Source: Octopus bimaculoides
Lineage: Eukaryota
Direction of reading: 5' to 3'
Length of the DNA: 64,000 bases
NCBI RefSeq assembly: GCF_001194135.2
Contig: NC_068984.1
Span: forward strand, 49,222,011 to 49,286,010
Positions 38,243 to 49,595 of this stretch are shown piece by piece (position 1 is the first letter of the stretch; each line of letters begins with the position of its first letter). The position numbers and the translations under genes are program-made. The notes below the pieces were generated by a model, which did not search any database, was not told where the DNA came from, and was given only the letters and a program-made list of their open reading frames with translations.

Positions 38243-39944
38243 CACTGGCCAACAAATTTTCTGTTGCATCGATACCAACAATTGGTATTACATAACTTGA
38301 GTATGCTGAATTCAAATATGAAGTTAGTTTTTCTCTGTAAGCTCTAGATCATTTGCAATTAAGGTTTTTTATATTTTCCAAATTTCTAATATTTCCCGAG
38401 ATATGATGGAATCCATCTTATAATTCTCTTGTTATACTCTCAGCAAACTACGTGGAAAGACAAAATATCTATGCATTGAGATTCCAACTTTATTCATATA
38501 TATTGCACCACAATAAGAATTATATATTCATATATGTTGCACCAAAATAAGAATTAGACTATAAAAATAATATTTCTAAATCCGATGATGAGTAAAATTA
38601 ATGTTATCATGTGCCAGGTTTTTTGCCATCTACCTTTCAGTTGAAAATATATTATATACAAATGATAGGTGTACGTAGTTGAGAAACTGGTTAGTATGGA
38701 TGACAAAAAAACTAAAGAACTTATTCAGGCAAGAATTTGCACTTGGAGGTATTGTGTTTGTTGACGTTCGCAGGAAAATATCGCTTAATGCTCCAGCAGC
38801 AGTCTGCCATCATGCTTTTTTCTCATCGCCCTTGATAACGCTCTTCCATGGTCCTGAAGTTTTGCTGGAATGCCTCTACTTGTTGATCACATCACCGAGG
38901 TTTTTCAAGTAATTTATCGAGATGACTATACAGCAAATGGAATTGAACGCTCATATTTCACCCTAGATCATGGAAAGCTGACAGCATATTATTTACAAGG
39001 ATTTCATAGTCATCTGCATTTTTTGCTTTCAAAATTTTTCTATGACTGCAACGAATGACAGCCATGCTGCTCTTTCCTTGTTATCAATCTTTCCGACATC
39101 CTCATCACGGATTTGAAGTCTGTCAAACACACCAACTCTGATCTTCTCGAATGACAACCAGAAAATGCAGAGACTATATGTTAAAAACATTCCCCATAAG
39201 TATTCAATACCTTTGTAAATTGCTTCATCAAGCCCAGTTTTATATGGAGTGGCTAACAATTGGATCGTTCGCAATATTTGGCATGCCTGCTTGCAGAGTT
39301 TCATGAATGGGCCATTTCTTCTGAATCCAGTGTTCCCCTCGAGCTCGGTTCTCCAAAGTGCAGATATAGCAAGGATATTTTGTGAAACTTTTCTGTTGAC
39401 CGAGGATGAAATTGACCATTTTTAAATCTACACAAACGGGTCTGTTGTGCTCATGATAATTTAGTTGATCAATAACCATCTTTATGTCACTGTAATCTTC
39501 TTGCAAACGCACTGAGTGACTAGCTGAGACAACTCCACAAACATTGCCATTATGCAGGAGAACACGTTTTAGGCTACGCTTAGAACTACGTGGATATAAT
39601 CGCCAGTCAGTGCATTCCTAATTTCTGGAGAAGACCGGGAATATCGTGGCAGTAAACAAAATGTTTCACTTCTGAAAGAAATGACACAAAAATCTGGTCT
39701 CGTTTTCAAATGTAAGAAATGTTTGCAGTTTGGTCATGTCGATATTTTTTCTTGCAGCCCGGACGGCAGAACTTCAGCTGCAGTCTTTTAGAGTCCCAAA
39801 TCATGCATTAAATCATTCAGTTCTGGCCAAACTATTAAGGAATTGGTCTTTCGCTACTATAAGAGTGTCTTGGAATTCTTAAGTAAAGTTTGAATGAGGA
39901 AGAGGACGCACCAATATAATCATGTTTTTTTACCAAGAGCAGTG
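38243..39944 (-). mobile_element. Chapaev3-like (CMC superfamily) DNA transposon remnant
   Basis: SSKRSLKRVLLHNGN; VDLKMVNFILGQQKSFTKYPCYIC (D..K..C2C); EKIRVGVFDRLQIR; ERAAWLSFVAVIEKFESKK; both ends begin CACTG. The subfamily name is recalled, not searched. Confidence 0.75.
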
Positions 39945-39961
39945 GTAGAGCAATTTTTTTA

Positions 39962-40370
39962 TTCTTTTATTTGTTTCAGTCAATTGACTGCGGCCATGCT
40001 GGAGTACCGACTTTAGTCGAACAAATCGACCCCAGTACTTATTCGATCGGTCTCTTTTGCCGAACTGCTAAATTACGGGGACGTAAGCACACCAACATCG
40101 GTTGTCAAGCGATAGTGCGGAGACAAACACCGACATACAAACAGACACACACACATATGTATATATATATATATATATATNNNNNNNNNNTGTGTGTGTG
40201 TGTGTGTGTATACGACGGGCGTCTTTCAATTTCCGTCTACCAAATTCACCCACAAGGCTTTGGTCAGCCCGAGGTTATAGTAAAAGACACTTGCCCAAGG
40301 TGCCATGCAGTGGGACTGAACCCGGAAACATATAGTTGGTAAGCAAATTACTTACCACACATCCACTCCT
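39962..40370 (-). mobile_element. CORE-like tRNA-SINE with internal (TA)/(CA) microsatellite
   Basis: Reverse complement head GTGTGGTAAG..CCGGGTTCAGTCCCACTGC..CCTTGGGCAAGTGTCTT; tail CAGCATGGCCGCAGTC..TGAAACAAATAAAAG. Other copies at 51646-51997; partial at 48911-48970, 23560-23594 and 63040-63095. Confidence 0.9.
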
Positions 40371-40384
40371 ACGCAATATTTTTA

Positions 40385-41700
40385 TTTGAATCGACTTTTG
40401 CTATTAATATCATGAAGCGATAATATCGACAGAGTAAGTTAATGTGAAAATTATGTTGGATAATTTACAACTTGCTTCTCCTTTCTGACTGCAATAGTGT
40501 CTCTACTATTTTATGCCATAATTTCACCTGACAAGAGATTCAAATCGCTAGCACTGTATTGGAGCGTGTCTTGGTTTTTTGGTGTTAGGATTATTTTCCA
40601 GTAAACAAATAAATTCAATGTAATCGCTGTTGTTTTTCATGTTTAGCAAATTTTCATGTATGATCTCTATGATATCAAAATGCCTTGTATTTGAATTATA
40701 CTGAGCGTAAAATATGATCATTACCTATAATTTCATTTCCTATTTGCAACAACCATATGTTAAATGCTGCATCACTGTTGGTGGAAAGTCTGAGAGGTTT
40801 CACATTGCTTTACAACTTGATTGCTTGATGCAATTTTCAATTATAATTTTGGCATTATATGCTATTTGACAAAAACCTTCAACCAGTTTTCCTTGTTATC
40901 TGAGGTAAAACATCTATTAGAAGAAATACGTTCACAAAGAGCATTGACGCTTCATGTCTTAATACTGTTAGGGATTCTTTTTCATTTACTAAGCAAGATT
41001 TCTGTATTCACTAATCATCATTTGAGAAAATTCCTACAGGTAATAATGAGGCTATAAGATCAGTAGAAGGAAACACAACCAATGCTACTATCCTCCGATG
41101 CTACTATCCTCTCACATGTCCGTAACAATGATGGTTGTCTCATAGGACAGCAGATTCTTACTAAATACGTTGCAATATACTACAAATAGGAAGTACAGAT
41201 ACCTCCAGAGCTACTGAGAGAATAGAACCTGTGTTCTGCATCTCCGTCATATAAAGTTTCTATGATGCTGTCAAATGCTTGATATTGCCGCTCGTTTAAA
41301 GATTGCATCGTAACGTCATCATCAACGGCATTTTTCACACGAACTTCCTTGATGTCATCGTTAAAATTTGGTGCATATTCAATAAATCATAAGTCATGGC
41401 ATGTATGATGAGCGTTTGCAGAATATCATGAAATAATCTGTTATGATCGGCTTCATGTACTCTGTCCTTTGTAATGAAACCTTGTATAAAGTGCTGCTGA
41501 AGCTGTAAGAATAGCGACACAAGATCACCTAGTCTATCAGGGCACATATAATAGCAAACAATACTTCCAACAGGTAAGGCATGATGATTTCTACTGCTAC
41601 TAATATACATCACACCCATTCATTATCATTATTTAGCAAATTTCAGCCTGCAGATGTTGCTTCTGACTGTAGTAAATAACACCCTAAAAGTGCAGATGAT
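40385..41700 (-). mobile_element. Helitron PIF1-like helicase remnant
   Basis: SLNERQYQAFDSIIETLY..FYSLSSSGG (motif I region); IVALVVFPSTDLIASLLPVG; FNIWLLQIGN; NYPT.F..LT..L..H. Confidence 0.75.
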
Positions 41701-41749
41701 TCGAAATATTGTGGCTTCTTGACATAATAACAAGAAACTCTAGTTTTGG

Positions 41750-42330
41750 TGGGTTTTAAGGTACTTATTGCATCCTAGTGATAATTCTACCCACTCTCCA
41801 TATCAACTTGTTTGTGTTATTAATATTGTAACGATAAAGAAATTTAAAGAGATACTGTTTGGCTGTCTTTTCAGTTTCATTTAGTCTGAGCTATGCTTTC
41901 AGCCAAGTACATCTGTCTTAAACATTGTGAAAAACCTCTCGTTCTGTGACTTCTTGTAAATTATCTGCCCGCTAATATACAATATGTTCTGAACGATTAA
42001 CCACATTATAGCAATTTTCAGTTATGACTTTATTATGTTTTTTGGTACAATATTGTGTTTGACAAAAATCTCCACACATATTATCCATAAAATATAAGTA
42101 TTGCAGTTCAAAGAGAGCATTGACGCTTCGTGTGCTTTACCAGAAAAGGGATTTTTTAATTCATTGAGCATCAATTGAGGAAATTTTCACAAATCATTAT
42201 GATGTTTTAGGATGAGAATATTGAAAGAGTATCAATATACGATCTATCATGTACTTTGCATTCTCAAAACCGTCACACTACTTCCGGAATACTAACATAA
42301 TGACCACTACTTTCGGATTGCATAATGTTT
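41750..42330 (-). mobile_element. second Helitron helicase remnant
   Basis: Segment ~42105-42170 (AGAGCATTGACGCTTC.TGT..AGGGATT) duplicates ~40935-41000. Confidence 0.5.
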
Positions 42331-42547
42331 TTGTAAATGAAAAAAATGATAAACCTTACATTCTTTTTTATTTGCATCTATGCAATCATAGCATATATAT
42401 ATATATATGTTGTTGTCATTATCATTATTAGGTAATAAATCATATGGTATATACCTGGTAACTTACCTGTAAAGCACGTTCACTTTCACAGTGTTTGTTG
42501 GGTATTTGATTAATGAGAGACGGAAGATGCAAGATATGAGAATGTTT

Positions 42548-42755
42548 ATTAATCCCTACAATTGTTTCAGCCCATCTAGCATCGACCTCTAGCGGGTAGT
42601 AGTATCCTTAACAACTAATTTAGGACTATATGTCGGTATAGATGTGTCTCATCGGGTGATTACAAAATGTTGAAATAACGTTTGTTCCGTAAGGTATCTT
42701 CTTGCTTTCGTGAGGGTTCGATGCTAGGCGGGTCGAAACAATTGTAGTGATTAAT
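42548..42755. mobile_element. foldback/MITE with ~43-bp imperfect inverted arms
   Basis: ATTAATCCCTACAATTGTTTCAGCCCATCTAGCATCGA vs reverse complement ATTAATCACTACAATTGTTTCGACCCGCCTAGCATCGA. Confidence 0.85.
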
Positions 42756-42782
42756 ATGCATTCTCACTTTGCATCTCTTTCA

Positions 42783-42799
<17 letters not shown>

Positions 42800-42818
<19 letters not shown>

Positions 42819-43110
42819 AATTTAAACAAGAACAAACATGAAAAAAAGGCGAAAAAACAACGCGTGGACGTGGAAAAAGTACAGTGTTATTGGAAGCTCA
42901 GGAAAGGAAATAAAAGAAAGAGGATTTAACGTTTCGATTGTTCGATCGAAGATCTTCGTCAGAAATATAGGAAAAGTCCAAAGAAGGGAAGACGGAGAAA
43001 GAAAATGTAAGTATGTGTGTGTGCGTGTGGGTATGTGTGTGTGCGCGCGTGAGTTGCCTGTGGGGTAATTATACTTTACTTAGTATGTGTGTGCGTGTGT
43101 GTGCTTCACG
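42800..43110 (-). mobile_element. Penelope-like pLTR/3' terminal segment
   Basis: CA-rich tract then TTTTCTTTCTCCGTCTTCCCTTCTTTGGACTTTTCCT..TTTCTGACGAAG; homologous to 60655-60712(+) and, at the terminus, 61430-61500. Confidence 0.8.
42924..42966 (-). ncRNA. minimal type-I hammerhead ribozyme motif (PLE-associated)
   Basis: ATTT-CTGACGA-AGATCTTCGATCGAACAATC-GAAAC-GTT-AAAT: core, 4-bp stem I, palindromic AACGTT helix III. Confidence 0.7.
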
Positions 43111-43348
43111 ACTTTTCAATAGCTAACAATTTCTTTCTCTCTTCTCACCTTGGTATTCTATTTAACCACTCTTTTGAAAATGGATTCACCTAAGGATTTA
43201 CCTAAGGATATCCCTGAGGAAGTACTAACTTAAATGGGGTTAACTGAACCCTCCGACCATCCTGAAAATAATGAACCATGATGAACCACAACGGATATCA
43301 TTAAGGAGAAGCTTTCTTTCCACTGTTTATCATTCATTTCTTCATACA

Positions 43349-43436
43349 TTTCTCTGACGAAGAAATACTCGGTTTCTAGTCTTCAATTGATACGATGATC
43401 CAATAGCCGGAATATCCCAGAAACGGCTGTCAGAGA
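43349..43436 (+). ncRNA. decayed type-I hammerhead ribozyme motif with long stem II
   Basis: TTTCT-CTGACGA(43354-60)...GAAAC-GGCT-GTC(43429-31)-AGAGA; 5-bp stem I with one G-U pair. Confidence 0.5.
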
Positions 43437-43689
43437 CTATCTCTACTATCTTTACCAATTTTGTATTATTTTACTATTTTAAGATTGAATTAAATGAATA
43501 TAAGTGCCATAGTTCTGCCTTGAATAATTGTTTGCCTTCCTCACTACCTTAACCGGTATGTGTGTGTGGGGGGGGGGGTGCATAGTATCCCAAAATTAAG
43601 GCAACCGACGGTTCGGGCTTTTATAGCTATCAATAAATGTGATATGAAATTTATACATCATTATAAAAGTCTTTTTATCTCTGACTAAA

Positions 43690-44060
43690 TAAATTCAGAT
43701 TTATAGTTTAGTTAATGGCTATAAATCGAAATACAATCATAAGGAGGCGAACGTAAAACAGCTAACAAAATCCTTGTCTTCTGTCAGAAAACTGATTGAC
43801 ACAACAAAAATAAGCCGAACGTCTATATATCGAGTGCTGAAGGAGGATCTCAGGACCCGCCCCTACAAGATAGTCCACCGTCATGAGCTCACGTAAGTTT
43901 ATAAGGCCATGAGACTGGAAAGAAGTCTCTTATCCTGCGTCAGATTGCTGAAGGCACGCTTCCCAGCCTGGTGTTCACTGAGGAAAATAAATTTGTCATC
44001 GAACATACAGTAAACCACTAGAATGACCGACTTTGGAGAGTATATGCAACAGTGTCAGAC
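43690..44060 (+). mobile_element. maT/DD37D transposase fragment
   Basis: ISRTSIYRVLKEDLRTRPYKIVHRHEL; PSLVFTEENKFVIE..VNH.NDRLW. Confidence 0.75.
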
Positions 44061-45378
44061 CAACAATCGGATTAATCATTTAGCCACTTGGTGAAATCCA
44101 GGCCACTGATGTAAAAGTTGGATAACTATAAACCAACAACTGTGATACACATCCAGCTCTACCACAAGTAATCTATATGCATATTAGTAATAGGTTGTGC
44201 ATGGCTTTGTTGTCAGAGATCTTCAAGGTATCAGTAATGAAAATAACCATCTTAACTTATCTTGGATAAAAATCTATTTTGATGGATATGTTACTGCTTC
44301 TGTGTTTTTAATCCCAGGAAAAGAAATGACATTATATCTATTGCATATTAAGGTTAGGGATGTAGATCAAAACATCTAGATGCAATATCAATGTAATTAA
44401 CGCTGAATATCTTGCCCATCCACATTATAAGGAGCTGTCAGAAAAATGTAATCACGATATTATCTACATGATATCGTGTACAAAATATTGTACAATCCGT
44501 ACAAAGTATTGTCTAGAAGCTAAAAGCTTAAGAACTTTTAGTAATGTAAGCGGTGAGACACTACTCATTTATTGTTCTTGCAATATGTCAGTAGAATGTA
44601 ACCATAACGAACTAGACAAAAAGAGTAAAGAAGATGTGGAAATGGGTTGTAAAGTATGCATTAGCAAATGCTAAAATAAATGAAAAACAAAGCAACTATT
44701 CAGGTCTAATACTTCACTCGGACTCCAGCCTTAGTTATGTACATATATAGTTATTAGATCAGGTGGATATATAACTGCCTCATTACCTATATGTAGATGT
44801 TGGGCTTTACAAAACAAAAAAAGAATAGTACTAATGACGATATATCAGATACAAGGCATTAATAGAACTGTGAAAACATGTAAAACATTCCGGAGGTATA
44901 GCCTGAGATAAGTGCATATAGACACATGTAAACACAAAGATATACAGATGCAATCATTTATATCTGTATTCATACGTGAGTCAAAACATATGTACATATG
45001 CAATGATATCAATGCTTTCATACATTCATGTACAGATACATATATACATGACTTCCTTGTTGTCAAAATTTCAATGATGTTTCTGGATTATAAAACGGCC
45101 TTTTCTCTATTGGTTTGGAATCTAAATAATACAGCTAGAACCTACATTCATAAATATATACGTACGGACATATATACACACTTGCACACAAGCATGCGGA
45201 GATACATAAAATCCTCTGGCTACTGGAACAGAATGAGGTTCATTTGGAGCATGTCACTATTGTATTTAGTAAGATACATTTCAAAACTACTTCAAAAACA
45301 CAAAAAGAGAAACTGATAAAAAGAAATAATAAACATACAGTGTCATTGAAATCTAGCTAGCTCTCTATCTATCTAGAT

Positions 45379-45915
45379 ATATAAAGTATAAGAGAAATTA
45401 CCCATAACAGGTAACTTCTACACGCTAGAAGGCAGTCAAGAACGACCGAAAACCACAAAGTAAAACATTTCAAAGGGAAGAGAAAATAAAAACTTTTACC
45501 TCATTTCTACCAGTTAGACCTATAGGTTTTTGATTTTTTAGTAAATAAAGTAATTTACTAGGCAAATCGTCTACAGTAACCAGTCGTCAAGGAAACTGCC
45601 GACGGAAACTGCCTCTGCGCAGTGGATTATAGGAAAAGTAGAATGTATATTTGAGAAGACATGTGCTTATGGCCTCCTGTCTTGTAGATATACCTTAATT
45701 CCCTGACGGCTGGTTACTGCAAACGATTTGACTAGTAAATTACTTTTATTTACTAAAAAATCAGAAACCTATAGGTCTAACCGGTAGAAATAAGGTAAAA
45801 GTTTTTATTTTCTCTCCCCTTTGAAATGTTTTACTTTGTGGTTTTCGGTCGTTTTTGACTGCCTTCTAGCGTGTAGAAGTTACCTGTTATGGGTAATTTC
45901 TCTTATACTTTATAT
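45379..45915. mobile_element. foldback element with ~216-bp near-identical inverted arms
   Basis: 45379-45594 is the reverse complement of 45699-45915 with scattered mismatches; ~104-bp spacer. Confidence 0.95.
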
Positions 45916-46018
45916 TGAATATGTTGTTTATTGACTTTTTTTACATGCTAGGCTACTGGTAGTATAACTCTATATAGTTTTGCTACCCTTCTTATATGTA
46001 TATCTATCTAGCTAGCTA

Positions 46019-46079
<61 letters not shown>

Positions 46080-46230
46080 GGCAGANNNNNNNNNNNNNNN
46101 NNNNNNNNNNNNNNNNNNNNNNNNNNNNNNNNNNNNNNNNNNNNNNNNNNNNNNNNNNNNNNNNNNNNNNNNNNNNNNNNNNNNNNNNNNNNNNNNNNNN
46201 NNNNNNNNNNNNNNNNNNNNNNNNNNNNNN

Positions 46231-46271
<41 letters not shown>

Positions 46272-46989
46272 CTCTGTTTCTCACGTACTCACTTCATGTT
46301 TTATTATATTTGAATGTTACCCATAGAATATTATATAGGATACATAACAATATAATACCATTCGTATGACATACACACATATCACTCCGAGAATTTCAGA
46401 CAAACAATATATATATGACGCGGTGGGTATTCGCGTAGATGTGTGATGAAACGAGAAACAATAAAAATACAAAATATAAAACTAGGTAATAAACCAGAAG
46501 TATTAGCTAAATGCTACCATTTATAACGATTGAAAGCAATAAGGAAATGCTGTATAACATTGGATTCAGATTAGTTAACTTAGCTAAATCCTAGGCAGGA
46601 TTATTCAGGGAACAGATTCTAAGTAATATTAACTATCGCATTATAAAATTCAAGTCTACGACAATGAAGTAGTTGTAATGATGTGTTCTCATCGGTTTTT
46701 AAAGTTTCTCGGTATGAAAAGAGCTGGTTTCTAGCAAATGTACAAAGCTATTTGAAATACAGAAAACAAAAACAACGTAAAATTTCTATTTTAAGTAAAG
46801 CATACTTTTTTTTATTGTTCCACCTACATATTGTATTCGTAATATCCGAGTTATCTCGTTGATTAATTTTTCTGTAAACCCTAGCTTTTCCAGATTGTTA
46901 CTCTAGCATTTACTCTCGAAAAGAAGTGCATCAATAATTATCCGTATGAAGGTAAATCTATAATCTTAGCACAAAAGCTGAAGGTTTTG

Positions 46990-47480
46990 AAGCAGTTGTT
47001 CATAGTTATACTATTTCTCTATGATTTAGGAAAAGATATTCACATTAGCAGGATACCTGACCTCTATGACGGTACATACGCGTTGGGCGGTATAACCTTA
47101 GTGACATTTCTGGGCAACTGCTTTTTACATGTGATGTCCACAGAAATGTGGCCTTATCAACATTTTCAGTTGTATCCTGAGACTCCAAGGGCTTCCCTCT
47201 TTTTTTGCTTGTAAGCTATTATGTAGCAATCTCCTGTGCTTCGAAGTGTGATGTAGGATTCACGAATCCAAGAAAGACTGCACTTCACGTCCATTTTAAT
47301 GTTATCTTCAAGTCTTCGCGAAAATATCCATGCATGACATTTTTTTTTTCTTATGCAGAGCGTTTTACACTCTGGTCTTCTTTGAGTTACATTAGTCCGG
47401 CTGTTCTGGAGTTGTGTGGTCGATCATCAGGAAGAGAATGCTTCCTAAAGAGCTCACGGCTGACACTCAGGACGTTGTTC
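46990..47480 (-). mobile_element. decayed maT-like N-terminal fragment
   Basis: DDRPHNSRTA; HGYFREDLK; CTVIEVRYPANVNIF (cf. TVMKTKHPASVMVFG). Confidence 0.45.
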
Positions 47481-47952
47481 CCTTCGCCTTTCAACACTAG
47501 GCTAATATATCTATATATATATATCTATTTATGCTGTTGTTGTTAGCAGATATGGAGATTCTTTACATTATATGGCAGTCATTTCTGATGTAAAGACTTT
47601 ATCGGCATCATGTCTTCCTTAGTAGAGCATGTCAAAAACAATGTCATATATTTGCATATTTGTCCCCGTTCCGATTTGCGCTGTGTACATGGTACTGAAG
47701 AGCTGCAAAAATAATGAAATATCGATATCTCTCCTTCTCGTTCACCTTGAGGGAGAGTTGTCTCACTTGGTCTGTGACATTCAGTATCTGTAGGCAATCT
47801 GACGACGGCTTAACTGGCAGAACTATCGAAGTCATTGTCAATAATATTCTTCTTTAAGAAATAGAATTGTGTTCTACTAAAGTATGGAGTAACCTATCAG
47901 ATTAACATAAAATTGTTGTTATTATAACTGATATGTATATATATATATACAT

Positions 47953-48207
47953 TACAAAAATAAGAGGAATGACCAGAAAAAGTGGACTCCTATATGCTAG
48001 AAATAGATGCCGAATCATCTAACCACTAAAAAATATGTTCTCAGTAATTTTTTTTTATTTAGTATTTTTTCATTTGTCTTGCCCTTTCACAGTCTGTTGT
48101 GTCGCTAATTTTTTACTGAGAACATATTTTTTCGTGGTTAGATGATTCGACATCTATTTCTAGCATATAGGAGTCCACTTTTGCTGGTCATTCCTCTTAT
48201 TTTTGTA
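47953..48207. mobile_element. MITE with 95-bp TIRs, TA-ended
   Basis: 47953-48047 vs 48113-48207, near-perfect reverse complements (TACAAAAATAAGAGGAATGACCAG...). Confidence 0.95.
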
Positions 48208-48982
48208 TGTAATATAATTTTAATCTTCGGATTTTTTTTAATATGCTAGACCACTGATTTTAATTGATTAATATCAATTTCTACCCTTATTAATAAATTT
48301 TATATATACATTATGTATATACATATATAGATGCATACACACATTATATATACATACACACATAGACACATATGTACACAAATGAATAAAGAAACAGACA
48401 GACAGAGAGCTTTCATAGGTCTAACTCACGAAACATTCGTCCTTGAGTAACTTTCGTAGCTTTACAGCTAAATACTAATAGAATACATATATACCATACA
48501 CGTCCTCAGCAATCGTGTATCTCTGTTTGTTAATTATTTTATATACAATGAACACAATAAAATCTTTATAAGAATTTATCAAGTAGTTAGCGTGAAAAAA
48601 ATCATACAGGAAAAATTTATTAATGATTTATTATAAATATATTTATTTATATTAAAGGCATTACTATACATAAATGCCTCACGCTAGGAGGGACTCTTAA
48701 AATCAAAACTGCCATAATAAACACATTTTCCCGAACGCGAGGAAATGCAACTCTCGAAGCGAGCCTTTTAAAATCAGACTCAGCTACATATCATATGATT
48801 TCATAATTAGGGCACAAAATGCACTTTTTTAATCGTCAGTGCAAGCATAGTCAAGCATATAAAAATAAACAAAAATCCACATACCAGACGAACACCATAT
48901 ATATACATATTCTTTTAATCTTTTATTTGTTTCAGTCATTTGACTGCGGTGATGCTGGAGTATCGTCATTAATATTTTTTGT

Positions 48983-49595
48983 AAGCTTATAAGCGGTCAC
49001 CGTGAATTGACTAAAAAAATAATCTAATATCTAATAAAAAATAATCTAAAAAAATAATCTAATAAGTCCTCGACAAAGAAAAAGCGTGAATTTTCCGTAT
49101 TCGAACCCACACGTTATGTTTTCATGACAAGTGTGCTACCATTTACACCAGCCTAAGCATCTGCTCCTGCCCCGCAGATTTAGAACTATAATTTCATAGA
49201 GTTATTTTTTTATAAACAAGCCATCATATGCGTTCTCTGCGACGATTTGATAAGGGCTGACGAATTCTTACAATTTTGTAAATAAAAATATTTTTTTTAT
49301 ACGCTTAAAGCTTATAGTCGGTTACTGTGAATTGACTAAAGGAAATAGTCTAATATTGAGGTATATACGACCGTGACGTAAAAATATATTACGTTTATAA
49401 ATAAAAAACAACTCTGTGAAATTATAGTGCTAAATCTGACGTGAAAGGAGCAGGTGGGTACGTTGGTGTAAATGGTAGCACACTTGTCCCGGAAATACAG
49501 AGGTGTGGGTTCGACTCCCACGCGTACGGAAAACCTCTTGGGGTATACTGGTCTTAAATAGCCCAATATTAGACTATTCTCTGTAGTCAATACAC
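48983..49595. mobile_element. inverted pair of TIR elements carrying a tRNA-like cassette
   Basis: TIRs 49327-49358 / 49564-49595 (28/32 identical); same terminus at 48983-49030; body 49393-49533 repeated inverted at 49092-49216. Confidence 0.8.
49457..49529 (+). tRNA. tRNA-like sequence (pseudo-tRNA or SINE head), non-canonical anticodon arm
   Basis: 73 nt; acceptor GTACGT/GCGTAC (6 bp); D-arm GTGT-AAATGGTA-GCAC; T-arm GTGGG-TTCGACT-CCCAC; A and B boxes intact. Confidence 0.6.

Noticed and set aside
44197-44379. Possible piggyBac remnant or small exon (KIYFDGYVTAS; GKEMTLYLLHIK)
   Set aside because: Only one loosely matching motif (FDN.FTS-like); insufficient support.
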